In this document: one piece after another, positions 49,545-63,966 of the stretch
Layout of the letters: every line of letters begins with the position of its first letter
How positions within the stretch are numbered: the stretch's first letter is position 1
Assembly (NCBI GenBank): GCA_964016885.1
Contig: OZ024743.1
Location: 214,954,001-215,018,000, forward strand
Direction of reading: 5' to 3'
From: Eledone cirrhosa
Taxonomy: Eukaryota
DNA length: 64,000 nucleotides
The notes under the pieces: model-generated
What the model saw: the letters and a program-made list of their open reading frames with translations, nothing else
Told to the model about the DNA's origin: nothing
The model's database searches: none
Program-made: the position numbers and the translations under genes

Positions 49545-51922
49545 TGGTTTCTCAGAGTGAGTGGCGAATCAGAGAGTGTAGCTGGTTGCAGTTCCTACCT
49601 TGACGGCTTGCCGCGCATCTTGACGGTCGACGCTGAGCGCTGCGAAAGGCCGATTACTTCAGCCGAAATTCAGGACGCCCTTGTCGGCTGTATGGGGCGC
49701 AAGTCACCCGGTCTGGATGGCCTGCCCTACGAGCTTTACGTACATATGCCAGACTTGTTCTCCGATCTCCTCGAAGCACTCTACTGCAACTGGCAGAACA
49801 ATGGGAGTATTCCCAGTTCTGTGAGCAGGGAAGTGGTGACGCTGATAAGGAAAGACGAGAATAAGAGGGATACATTAGACAATTTCAGGCCCATAACTCT
49901 GCTCAACACAGAGTTTAAGATTTTGGCCAAGGTGTTAGCAAAGAGATTGGCGCTTGTCGTCGAGGATTTTGTTGGAGAGGCGCAAACTTGCGCAATCCTA
50001 TCCAGGTCCATACACGACAATCTCCACCTCATGCGATACATCATAAAGAGGGTCTGTATAAACCTGGCTTCGGTGTGGCACTGATCAATTAAGATCAATC
50101 GAAAGCATTCGATAGGGTCGACTATCAGTATCTGGAGTTTGTCCTCAAAGCGGCTGGCTTCGGCCCTGTCTTCAGAAGCTGGATCGCTGCAATGCACAGC
50201 GGCACACGCTTGGTGGTCAAGGTTAATGGCCACCTCTTGGAACCATTTCGGCTCTCCTGATCTGTCCGTAAAGGGTGCCCTCTCTCTTCCCTTCTGTACG
50301 TATTGATTCTCGAGCCTTTACTGCGGAAGCTGGAGCTGTTGCAGGGCATCATGCTCGAATCGGGACGTGGAAAGGCAGTGTCGGCTTATGCGGACGACAT
50401 CACCGTGACGGTGTCGGACACCTCAGAAATCGAGGTGCTCGGCACCTTATTGGAGGAATATTAAAGTGTGACAGGAGGCAAACTTAACCCGGAAAAGTCG
50501 GTGGTCTTGCAGCTCGGAACATGGAGAGGCAAGCCTATGCCCTCCAACAGCGTCGTGGGGTGCTGGACGGACAGACTGGGAAAGATGCTCGGGGTTTGGT
50601 CCAGACCAGAACCCCATTTGGAAAAGAATTGGGACGAGGTGACGAGCAGAGTAGCCACTCTCACCAGAAGATGGGCTGGGAGGAAGCTATCACTGAAAGG
50701 TCGCGCGGAGGTGGCGAATGCGTGCATTGCGTCCGTCATCTACTACAACCTGACCGTCGTGCCTTGCCCCCGTCCGCGCCTTGTCAAGTTGGAATGCTGG
50801 GCATGCCGTGGCTAATTATCGCAGACATGCGTTGAGGCTGCGACATCTCCAGATATTCTGCCTAAACGCTGAACAGGTGTGGACGCCGTTTATCAGGCGG
50901 GCCTTTCCGCAGCTCGTTTCTTTGACTGAGCTGCAGTCCTGTGTCGAGAAGAGACCGAGTCTGGGTGATTGGCACCTGGAATGTTGCCTGGCACTCACTA
51001 CCCTCTACCAAGCGGGTAATGCGATCAGTGGAACTTCCACTCTCGAGTCTATAGAGGACTAGTCGTGGGCAAGTGCGATGTCGCACTCGGAGAAGCTTTG
51101 GGTCTCGACGAAGTCGAACTGACCAGTTTGTACCGGAGGACTTTCGAGCCGGGGACGATGGACAATTTCCAGAAATCCCTCGCTTGGCAGTGCTACCGGG
51201 GAGCACTGCCGGTTCGGGATAAACTCTACAGGCACGGAAGTGCTGTCAGACGGACCTGCCCAAGGTGCGCACAGAACGACGAAACCGTTCTGCACGCACT
51301 TGTCCAATGTCCGTGCATTATTGACTTGTGGAGTTATGTCGAACAGCTACTGTCGCGTGTGGAACGAATCCGGCTATCGGCCGAGTCCATAGTGAATATC
51401 GAACCGCCGCCTTCCTTAGGTCAGGAAGAGCAGGAAATGTTCCTCTGCCGTTGCGAAAGAGGTTATATGGTCGACCAGATTAAAAGGACTGAAGACAGAC
51501 ACTTTTCTCTTCGGCCAATCCCTCATCAACTTCTACAAGTTTCACCTGGAAAGGAAGGTAAGAGTAGAGATAGAAGTGCTGCCCCCAGTACATTTGCTAA
51601 AAGGTGGATGAATGTGGCGATAATGACCCGTGTGAATGGGCCTACTCTGACCATGCGCCTATAGGCTAGCTAATGTGAGGAGAGGGCTGCTCTCCCTGGG
51701 TGCCGTAGAATCGCAGAGTGATTCAGGATTGGTGGGGTACCTGAGTCACCCCAGGGTCGTCCATTTTTTTTATATTTATGCATAGTTTATTTTATATTTT
51801 TATATCTTCATTGATAAATTAGTCTTGCCATTGTGCAATTGTACTCGACCTTATTGTAAACCCCCACTGTCCCGGTCTTTGTATTGTCCCCTAGATGTCG
51901 GCCCTTGTGGCTAATAAATGAA
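49545..51922 (+). mobile_element. Tx1/L1-clade LINE copy 4 (5'-truncated; RT, CCHC, 3' UTR)
   Basis: KSPGLDGLPYE, FRPITLLN, KAFDRV, AYADD, CPRC..ETVLHALVQC. 3' end cccttgtggctaataaatgaa is followed by TAA/TTA repeats. Confidence 0.92.
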
Positions 51923-51969
51923 ATAATAATAATAATTATTATTATTATTATCATTGTTATTATTATTAT

Positions 51970-52910
51970 TGTTCTTTGAGTCTCAGTCATTGATGTTATT
52001 TAACAGGATAGTTTGTTGAAATGAGTATCAATCCACTATCTGCAGCCTCAGAAGTTCAGGACGTATCGGAGGGTTCTTGCTGTTCCCAGTAAACATGCCT
52101 TTTGAAGTATTCCAAAGAGCGGAGCGGGCCAAATTTTCTTTAACCATCCTTGGAAACTCTTTGAGATAGTACCTATTGCGCCTATGACAATCGGGAGCAC
52201 TTTGGCTTCATGGCAGTTCCAAATCCTGTTTACCGCCCACTTTAAGTCCGGGTATCGGTTAATTTTCTCCCTCTACTTCTCTTGCACTCTTGTGTCGAAT
52301 GGGCAGGCTACACCCACAATCAGGCACGATGTTTTTTCCTGTCCAAAGCCACCAGGTCAGGTCTATTGTGTTCCAGTTTCTTGTCCGTCTGTATCCTAAA
52401 ATTCCACAGCACCTTCACGTGATCGTTTTCTATCACCGACTCTGGCTTATGCTCATAACACTTCTCAGAATGTGGTAAATTGTTTACCTTGCATAGGTGC
52501 CAGTGTATCACCCTGCCCATCACATCATGTCTCCAGCCTTTATAGTGAGTCTGGGCTAGGTGTTTACTCTCGGATACAATGTGAGCCACAGTCTCCTCTC
52601 TCTCTTCACAAATCCTACACAGTGGGATAGCCTCCTCCTTGTAAATATGGTGTTTCCGCCACTCCGTTTTGAGGGCCTGCTTTTGCGCAGCCATTAGCAT
52701 TCATTCTGCAGCCTTTTTAAGGTATTCTCTTTTTAACGAGTTCTATGTCTGGGTATCTCTGAATTCAGTTTTCTCAAAGAAGGTACTATGAAGGGATCTT
52801 TCATGAAGGTTGCTCTTTTTCCTTTTTGTTATTTCCTCCTTGGACATCCCCTGGTCTATTGTCATCTCCTTCAGTACAATTCTGAGTATTGGCTCCCTAC
52901 TATCAGTCAC
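51970..52910 (-). mobile_element. Dong-A 5'-truncated copy, tail-to-tail with Tx1 copy 4
   Basis: ORF 52320-52700 (CRICEEREETVAHIVSE, RHD, NRPDLV). (TTA)n on both flanks (51937-51970 and 52912-52976). Confidence 0.92.
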
Positions 52911-52931
52911 GTATTATTATTATTATTATTA

Positions 52932-52975
<44 letters not shown>

Positions 52976-53412
52976 TTGTAGTAGTAGTAGAGGCATCATC
53001 ATCCTCATCATCATCAGAAGTAGTAGTAGTAGTAGTAGTAGTAGCATTGTATTAAACATTTTTTCCTTTGAAATATTAAAGATAGTAATGTGAAGGAATA
53101 TACATTCCCTCTAAGTTTTGTATTTAATCCCGAAAGTGAATACACGCCGAATATTTTATTTTTCTTCTCTATTCCCTACATCAAATCGATGATTTATAGA
53201 TAGTATAATACAAACGCAATCTTGCACACATTATTGGATAATTCTATATATATCCCGAGACAGACAACTGAAATACGTGTGAGACAAACAACACGAGGTA
53301 ATATCGACTGGCTGTCAGATATATCAAATGGCCGGCTGATGTAATTGAAAACCGTGCAATCGCTTCAGGTTCACAAATAATAGCCTGATTTCACCTACCC
53401 CGCTAGCACCTA

Positions 53413-53474
<62 letters not shown>

Positions 53475-53784
53475 GCTATGTGTGTGTGTGTGTGTGTGTA
53501 CGTAAGTATGTTCATATAGCCCTTGAAAATGCTTGTTAAACTTATACTAAACCAAAACAGCTTAGCGCCGCGGTCGCGATGATTTATTCATCTCTCTGTC
53601 TCCTATATATATATATATATATATATAAATGGAATAGAATGAAACGAAATTTCATTTCTTACTCTTAGTACGGCACTTACTTAAATGTAAGTATGTATGT
53701 ATACGTACATATATATATATATAATAGAAAGGGAGTTTTTTTTACAAATGAAAAAAAAATCGATGTGTCCTACACGAGTGAAAG

Positions 53785-54375
<591 letters not shown>

Positions 54376-54382
54376 TAAATAT

Positions 54383-54574
54383 AGTTTTAATATAGATGAG
54401 ATTCTACAGGACTAGAACTGTTTCATTCATTAGAAATCATCAGAAATTCCTGATGATTTCATTAGAAATCATTAGAAATTCCTGATGAATTCATTAGAAA
54501 TCATTAGAAATTCCTGATGATTTCTAATGAATGAAACAGTTCTAGTCCTGTAGAATCTCATCTATATTAAAACT
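54383..54574. repeat. perfect 61-bp inverted repeat overlapping a 3x32-bp tandem; PLE-like
   Basis: 54383-54443 is the reverse complement of 54514-54574. Unit ttcattagaaatcat(c/t)agaaattcctgatga starts at 54426, 54458 and 54490. CTGATGA..GAAAC cores are present. Confidence 0.9.
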
Positions 54575-54640
54575 TTTATACTCTGCTATGTATTGAGTAC
54601 CTTACTTACTGTGGTTACCTCCGATTCAACCCGGAATAAC

Positions 54641-54675
<35 letters not shown>

Positions 54676-54707
54676 TATATATATACATACTTATATATAA
54701 ATGTATG

Positions 54708-54738
<31 letters not shown>

Positions 54739-54782
54739 TTATACACACACTTATATATAGAGGTATTTATATACGCGTGTGT

Positions 54783-54818
<36 letters not shown>

Positions 54819-54834
54819 TTGAACATATAAAACA

Positions 54835-55030
54835 AAACAAAAATTGGGATACAAAATGTTTTATTAGGAACGCGCTTATGAGGAAATAGAGGAGGGACCG
54901 GTGCTTCGGACGGAAGTCCTTCGTCAAGGAATGGAGTTCGCAGAAGGGGTTAACAGGTAGGTACATGAGAGTTTGGAAAATGCTGTTAAGAAGGGTAGGG
55001 TTCGTAGACGAGTGTTCCAGCGAAATATAT
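54835..55030 (-). mobile_element. Penelope-like terminal fragment
   Basis: Minus strand TTGACGA-a-GGAC-ttcc-GTCC-GAAGC, a degenerate hammerhead core, followed by AATAAA; next to (GT)n. Confidence 0.4.
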
Positions 55031-57825
55031 TTGAATCCATAGAACTAGACCTAGATTAAATATAATTCCAACATTTATTAACTATAAACAGCTATGTCCA
55101 TGTTACTGGAATTGTGGCATTTCGGATAATTTTGCATTCTAATTTTTTACTGTTGTTTAATGTATGCAACAAATAGAAACAACACACCTAAAAAAAGCAG
55201 ATATCTACGTCTACTTTTACAGATAATATGAAAATGTTTTTTATTAAATCTATTATTGTTTATAATTTTTAGTGTGCCATAAGGCATTTCATAATGAAGC
55301 TACGAAACTTAGACAGTTGTGTGAGTAGCCTGTGATTAAACCCTCAAAAGAGAAATTCAAGCCTATTACACGAACTCTGTATGTACCACATTCAACATTC
55401 ATTTTATATTATCTATATTACCCAAGAAAAAGAAAAGTAGAAAGATGGATCACCAGCCACCTATCGCAAACCAAACTTAAATCCAAATCCAAAAGGTAGT
55501 AAAAACCATAGCACTGGAGATTCGCCGACATTACCTTCTATCAAACAATGCATTTCAACTGCAATACGCAATGTTCAAATTGAAATTATAAAACCATTGC
55601 TACTAAGCAATAAATTAGTAAATATTAACAAAGTAGCGATTAACGGTGAAAATAATCGTAAATCTATTCTCCCAATCTCATCATTATTATTCAGTAGTAT
55701 ATTTTTAAATATAGTACCCGGAAGAGTCAATGTAGTGACAAGAATTGCTGATGTTAATGCATGCACAATTTCACAGTTCTAGCCCCACTCGTTCATAGTG
55801 AGCCTACAATATGTTTATCCGACTCTCGTACAAATGGTAATCAGCTGAAATATTTTTACAACTACTATGGTACTAATTTGATATTCGTCTCTTTGCTCTT
55901 GTTCGACGAGGCCGGGTCATCCTAAGCCAGCAATCCCAAAGCATCGTCGTTATAAGTCTTGTTATTACACTTTGCAAGAATAATGATACAGTACTATCCT
56001 AGTTTTGATGTCTTTTTGAAACATTGAATATCATAGGTTTTGCTAATTCATTGTGTGGTACATTGACACTTGCGTATTTACAGTATATTAGGTATACATT
56101 GTGTTCCAATCAAATCTCCCCAGCCAATAATTAAGCGTTCAAAAATATCAATGATCCTGATAAATATTTCCTTCGGTTTTAATATATATCATCATTGAAT
56201 GGTCTACGCCTCTTCTGGCCAAGAATCCGAAACATTGAATTATATATGAAGTATAATCTCTTTGAATGACATATACTCGTTTAATTGCTCAATTATTGTG
56301 ACTCGCCTGCATGCTAGAAATTTAGATTCGGATATTTAATGACATTAACTTGATGTAATTATCCATAAATAATTCATTAAATGACGAAGTATTATAAATA
56401 GACCCGGAAAAATCTAAGAAAGTGTTGATAATAATGAACTAAGTTGAACTCAGTATCAGGCAGATAGATTAAATCTATGGACCTCTAGAAAATATTTTTT
56501 TAGTTAATATGTTTTAGTTCACAGTTGAAATTATATTAAACTGAGTGATAAAATATTTCATGTAATGACGCAAAAAATGTTACTATCATGTCATTTCACT
56601 CGCATCAAAATAATCTGTCCATCCCCCACCCCCCAACAAAAATTATTACATGTTGTCAAAAACGCCAGGTGGCCAATAAAAAAGATTTAAGTAAGATTTC
56701 TGTTTACTGTGATGGTAGTTGACCAGTTGGAAGGGCCGATCGAGCGTCTGATTAACTTTCTAGTGCTATCTGTTCTGCTTGTTTACGCTCTGATTTGAAC
56801 TTTGCATTTCGTCCAATATGGGTTGACACAGTTACGATCCAGCTACGCAGAATCTACTGAGTCCCTGAGATCAAATCGCGACTCATGTCACCGTAGCAAA
56901 TAGAAACATGAACATACTGGAGCTTTTGTTTCACCGATACCAAAGTAATGCGCTAAGTAATGAAATCCCATAACAGCAGAGCTTAAAATGCGCATTTGTG
57001 AGTCAAAACAAGCAGAAAAAACCTGGTCTAATATGAGAATAATCGTATTCGATGAAAGGCAATCTGGGAAAACATATACTTCACAGCTCTCTGTTAATCC
57101 ATGCAAATTTATAAAATGACCAATTGCCAAACATTCAAGTCACATATGCCCATTGGAAAGGTATTCAAGTCAGGGTAGATAATGTACAACAGCGATACAC
57201 AACGTCATGTTCTTGAACATATATCACGTGTTTTGCTATACCACCTAACTAACACTTAATCTGAGGAGGATTCTTATCAATTGCGGCTAAACTTAAATTG
57301 TGAATGGAAATAAAAAGGAATGAATCAAATAAATGATTCAATTTGTGACTCTAAAATTATGTATGTATTTTATTTCTTCGCTAACATTTCATTGGCATAT
57401 TAAAGAACGTGTTTTCTATGAAAATGGGTCCCACTAAGATAGATGACGCCTAGTTATTCTTTAACGAGCTTAGCATATGCAGATTCAAAATGTAAAGCTG
57501 ATAGGATTAGTTCCTTCAGGCAGAGAAAACTTAGATATAGTACAGGAATTATAAACTTGCACAACATACAGTTACGCATAAGGCATTTAGTTTTTCATTA
57601 GAGCTACAAATATGATTCTCTCTTTCAATCGGTAACCATTTTATGGCATCTGATATTCATGCAGATATAACATTACGAATCAGTAAAACATCGCCATGAT
57701 ATCGCTAAGTTTAATTGATTCTCTTTCCTACGACACCTTGTTCCATATAGTATGGTTCTGCTGTATTGTACTTATGAAATATTACGCTTTATTTACAAAC
57801 AGATACACACATAAGTATATGTATG

Positions 57826-57911
<86 letters not shown>

Positions 57912-57912
<1 letters not shown>

Positions 57913-58362
57913 GGTGGCTGCCAACTCGTTTTCGAGTACGGCCACTACTTTATATCCATGTAGGAGAACCCCTACCGATGCGCTGAACGAGTGTAACTTT
58001 TTAGTCCAGCCAGTGACTTGAAAACTCTGGTTCAAACACTACACTTGTGACAATTATTGACACAGTGCTGGGCCCATGGTACCATGTAACGACAAGTGCA
58101 GAGAGATCTCCAGATATAAAGCAATGCCTGTGCCGTGAAGCTTTTATAGTGAGCAAAGGCACTGCACAAAGCCAGTCCCACTCTCTTAACCAAGATGATA
58201 TTTACCAAAAAGAAGAACAAGTCAACATCATTGGATACCATCAGAGTTCCAGGTGTTATATCAGAGTTTTCGTTCTCCTAGAATTCTGCCTTGACAAAGC
58301 CTAAGGGTTCACCTCTCCCAGTGATTTTGGATGGCCATTGACTCTTAAGAGTTGCTTTGTCT
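57912..58362. mobile_element. (TA)n-associated interspersed repeat, copy 1 (RTE-5'UTR-like)
   Basis: Shares both its start and the agagttttc.ttctcctagaattctgccttgacaaag block with 59481-59695. Confidence 0.7.
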
Positions 58363-58567
58363 CCAGTCACTGAAGAGGTCACAGAATGTGTGACGAACGA
58401 ACTTTGACAATATATAAACAACTATCTGGTTGTGGAACCAACCAACCAACCAGAAATTTATAGATTTATAAATTCCTAAATTTATAAATATATTATAATA
58501 AATTGAAGTGAAAGCAACTGGTGCGTGTATTTCTTATTGGCAACATGACCCTCCCACAGTATAACAA
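58363..58567 (+). mobile_element. third copy of the 13.8-14.3 kb pLTR-like unit
   Basis: cagtca-CTGAAGA-g-gtcaca-gaatg-tgtgac-GAA..ctttgac, followed by the same accaaccaacc and ttcttattggcaacatga blocks. Confidence 0.85.
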
Positions 58568-58627
<60 letters not shown>

Positions 58628-58709
58628 AAAAAGTTTGACCCCGACAGCAGAGCTCAAGCCGTTTTGACGGCTATTTCTGGACTATATACACATACACACA
58701 CCCACTATA

Positions 58710-58746
<37 letters not shown>

Positions 58747-58761
58747 TGCTCACTATAAAAG

Positions 58762-58795
<34 letters not shown>

Positions 58796-58798
58796 TAT

Positions 58799-58927
58799 AG
58801 CTGTATAATAGATGGTGGCATTTTATGTCCGGATAAAGGTTCTAGAAACTACCATTGTTACTATCGCTAACTTCTCGCCATGGGACTTGGAGGCTAGAGC
58901 CGAATGCTACCATTCTATTATACAGCG
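58799..58927. mobile_element. small MITE or fold-back
   Basis: gctgtataatagatggtggcatt versus aatgctaccattctattatacagc form an imperfect ~24-bp inverted repeat. Confidence 0.55.
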
Positions 58928-59480
58928 ATGTGGGAATGCTTTTTCCAATAACCAACTTTTCACTATCTTATTAATTTGTGTTTGAGACACGTTGGCTGAA
59001 AGCTTTTGACGGGAGCGGAAATATGTTTTATAATCTCCTGCTACCACGTAAATTTGTAAATGAGTAGCCGATCGGGGGACAGAATTGTATCAAATTCCAG
59101 TTGCTAATCACTTTACTGTGTCGGCCGTCGCAAACAGTCATAATCAGCACGGACTGGGGTCGAATTCTGTCGATCAAGTTGTTATTGATTAGGCGATACC
59201 CGCTCATGAAGCCACATGCGCCGATTATGCATTGTTGCTTAATATCTGTAAACAGAGGGCGCATTACACCCTACTGGTGCATTAAGTGTGGCCGAAACTC
59301 GGGTCCAGGAACTACTATAGGACCCCGTTTACGTGTGTTGTATTGAAGCGAATAACTATCTGTATACTCTGGGAATGTATTCCACATCACCTATTGAGTG
59401 CGCTGAGATACAACCGGTCATGGAATTGATAAATATGCTGCGTCCGTAAACTCTTTATTATATATATATATATATATATA

Positions 59481-60002
<522 letters not shown>

Positions 60003-60479
60003 GGAGAAGAGTAGAGATAATTGCATTTTATGTAATATACCTTATATGCATTCACCTCGCCGTATGGAACGTGAGTTCAATTAGTAACATATTTATTAGT
60101 TCACAAAAAAACTTTTGTAGATTGGGCTGTTTTGAACTGACAGGGAACCTCAGAATTAATCATTCACATGTTAGCTATTCCATTAAGGTAAGATGTAGAT
60201 TCGATTTTCAGCTATTTCATCACCGCATTTTTTACATGAAGGTCCACTGGTTTTAAGCTTTTCTTTTCCACTGAGGATTTGGTATGCACCTAGGATTTCT
60301 ATAATTCTTCTTGGCAACCGGATAGCCACACGTATTTCTTTTTCCGCTTGCAGTGATCTCGTAAATCCAAATGTATGTTTTGGAAACTGTTTTCTTTCTC
60401 TTTCCCTCTCGCTCCTCTGCATTCAAGTTTAATCTAAACTTCGGAGTGTGTAGACAAGTTCACGTCTTTGACATATTAA

Positions 60480-61700
60480 ATTCATAATGCCTGCTTTCAC
60501 CCACTTAAGGTCTATCTTGTACAGCTTGTTGTCTATGTCACATATGGACAACTTTATCATCACGGGCGACATAAATTGTCACGTGTGTGCAAACAGATGG
60601 TTATGCGAAAACAGTTGGAACGTTCAGGATTGGTGACATATAGAGCAAATGGTTAATTGTTCATTGAGCTCTACGTGAGGAATCATTTGTCATAAACACC
60701 ATTGAGTAGCGCCTATCTCACGAATATATATGGTGTCCTGGAACAGATATATGGGCATCTACATAAACATCGCAATGATACGCTTGGTACTCATCACTAA
60801 TACGTTGCTGGTCTAAGTTATCTGGATTGTTCCCATTTCCATCCTAAATTCTGAAAATAGAGGAGTATGAACTAAGTTCAAAATCACACGACCTTGACCG
60901 GTTTGAAGCCGAGAAGAGACAGGATGAAGACAGAATGCCAAATAGAAACGACAGTGGGATTCACACTGGCTGTTAAGAAGTCACTCCTATCATAATGGCT
61001 GAGACAACAGTCATAGCTGTCATACAGAAAGCAATAGGCGAGAAGTAGAATGGCTTTATTAAAAAGAAACATAAACGTTTTTGGACACCTGACTTCAATA
61101 GCAGAATTGAAATTTGAGAACAATCTTTTCAGAAAGTGGGTGAAGCACATATCTTAGAACACAAGAAATGATTAACCCCGTACAGGAAAGCAGGCCAATA
61201 ATGTTGACGATGTGGCGAAATAGCGAGCCAGAGATCGTCGGTGAGGTGTTTGGTTGATATTTCCATGACACAAACAATCTCATATACTTTATGTTGCAGT
61301 CGTACAGAAAGACAACACAGGACATCACCAAGACAATCGGGGACAGAAATGGAACGCTACTTGTCGTATTACAGCAGGGGGATGACAGTTGGGTCAATCC
61401 GAATAATTTCTCCTCCCACCCTGATGACCGAGCCAGCAGAAACAAAAAATATTTCTTCAACAGCAACCTATTTAAGACGAGGTTATGAGTCAGAGCTAGA
61501 TATAACTTAAGGCGAAATGAAGGCCTGTAAATAAAATGGTGAACTACAAATCACGTTTGATGAAATCCAAGTTCGAATATGCAAACATGGGGATGATGTC
61601 ATTCTTCAGTGTATGGTGTGCATTTTATCATCTGAAGGACCGAGGGAGTAATGCCAGGGGACAGGGGTAGGGTCATTATCTGCCATATATACAAGAAAGG
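60480..61700 (+). pseudogene. ancient RTE-like LINE remnant (APE, linker, start of RT)
   Basis: Traces DNFIITGDINCHV (~60548-60586), NG..LIEL..NHL..NT, KWVKH and K..FDEIQV..KHG in the expected order. Heavily mutated. Confidence 0.5.
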
Positions 61701-61989
61701 AGACAGAGATGGCGATGCAAATTATAGATGGATTTTATTAATGTCACACACTAATAGGATCCATGAGAGGGTCCTAGAACAACGTCTCTGATATGTCGTG
61801 AAAGAGAAATTAAATGACCGGCAGTAGGGTTTCTGACCTAAAATGTGCACAATAGACTTGATACCTGTTGTTCGATGAGGAAGAGAAGAAAGATTTATTG
61901 ATACACATGTGGATTTGTATGTGTGTATGTCTGTGTGTTTATGTGCATATATGTGTGTCCGTGTTCTTCACATAATTTATTTTCATTCA

Positions 61990-62182
61990 GGGCGGTGGAT
62001 TGGCAGTATCGGTAGAGGGTCGGACGCCATGCATTGCAGCATATATTTACGTCCCTTTATGATCTGAATTCAAATACCACCGAGTTTAACTTTGCCTTTC
62101 ATCCTTACAGGGTTGATAAATTAAAGTACCAGTAATACACTGGAGTAATTGCTGGCCTTGTGCCAAAGGTAGAAACAATTAT
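61990..62182 (+). mobile_element. full-length tRNA-derived SINE
   Basis: A/B boxes, core and 3' end. Confidence 0.92.
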
Positions 62183-62196
62183 TTACACAAAGAATA

Positions 62197-62630
62197 TGGC
62201 GTTCGATTGCCGATATCGGTAGAGCGACTGACATGATGTCCGCAATAAATTTACGGTCCTTTACATTTTCAGTTCAAATGAAGCCAATGTTAGCATTGCA
62301 TATAATGCTTAGGGGATCGATATAAAGCAGCAGTGATGCACTGGGTCGATTTAATCGTCTTTCCTCCCTCACTCTCAAAATTGTTGACTTTTCGCCCAAA
62401 GGAAGATTTATTAATTAATCAAAGAATAGGTAGGTGAATTGTCAGTATAAATTGATGGTTGGATAACCTTCTTAGCAACACATTGTTACAACGCTTTACG
62501 TTCCGTTTAAAGCGTTTGCCTTGCCTTTCATCTTAACGTTGTCGATCACATAGTGTACCAGTAATGCACTGAGTCACATTTAATCGACTTCAAATATGTG
62601 ACCTTTTTTTTAAAAGTAAAAACTATTATT
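62197..62630 (+). mobile_element. two older, diverged SINE copies in tandem
   Basis: 62197-62410 and 62430-62630 retain ttg(c/t)c..tat A-box-like, gtt(c/t)aaa B-box-like, gtcgat and ccagt(a/g)atgcactg blocks, and carry an extra ttaatcg segment. Confidence 0.65.
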
Positions 62631-63739
62631 TACCTATAGACCTAAAGCCCTATATTACCATATCATCTTCATAATCAACCTAAATGAGATGTGGGATATA
62701 GTGGATTTATATGAAAACATCCTGTCCACAAACAGTAACAATATACAAATGGTTCGTAGTTACACTCCATATTGGCAGTAGCTGCATTCTGAATAACTCC
62801 CTGTAAACGCAGCTCTACATGCATGTATAAAAGGCTATATCGAATTATGAATTTTTCAACGGGGTCGGCGGCCGCTTTACATAAATTGTGGTATAATGTT
62901 AGAATTCAGTAATCCTCGTCATGAGGAAAACGATAAAGTTTGTCTTATGACAAGTAATATTTTTTGAAATGGGATATCCCCTTTGATATTCTAAAAAATC
63001 ACTATCCTAATCTACAGATAACCCGTATTAAAACATATATATATATATAAAAATCTGTGCCTGTTGATGTAATGCACACAACCTAACAATTAATAGTTAG
63101 ATACACTGCGCCAGAAAACGATGACACAAACTAACCCTGTCACCCCAACAACAACAAACATCGATAATAAAACGGACAAACCAAACAAACAGTGCATTGT
63201 AGTTCAAATTGAAAAATCCGAACTAAAGATTATATAGTTAAGCACATGATATGAATAAAGTATCAGGCATTAGTGTCCGTCTAAATATATATACAGAAAA
63301 TATATCGATGCATTATTCTAAAAACAAAAAAGATAAAACAAAAGGCGTATTCATCATTTTGAAATTTTCCATTACTGAAAACTTTTAGAGTGTCATATTA
63401 ATTATTGGGAACTAAGCGTTTCTTTTTTCATTTTTTTTTTTTGTGTTTTATTTCTAAAGTTGATAAATTTCGTCTAAGCAGATAACGACACGTCTGACTA
63501 ACTACATAAATACGTCAAGTTGGTAAGAAAAAAAATTATTAACGATTTTTTCTGTGTTGCCCGGTAATTACGAAAGTTGTAAAGCAACCATTTATCTTAA
63601 AATAAAAATGGTGTTTCTTCATTAGCTGATATTGAGTATTGCATAATTATCTAACTTTCAACCAATCAATCAGTCTAGCTCAATATATATTATTTCATCG
63701 TTTGAAACATACATACACTTACTGATAAGCGTACACTTG

Positions 63740-63779
63740 CTTACACAAACATACACACAAACATACACATATATATATA

Positions 63780-63866
<87 letters not shown>

Positions 63867-63966
63867 TATATATATATACATATATATATATATTATATAT
63901 ATATATATGTATGTATATATATATATATATATACACCTACACACACATACATATACACACACACAA

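Noticed and set aside
54426-54521. 3x32-bp repeat, and the 3x19-bp tcctcctatatacaagtcc at ~28986-29035, as CRISPR arrays
   Set aside because: No spacers, no cas genes, eukaryotic context.
59028-59346. GC-richer patch with ORFs on both strands
   Set aside because: No domain recognised; the flanking gatgtgg/ccacatc inverted match is too weak to define an element.
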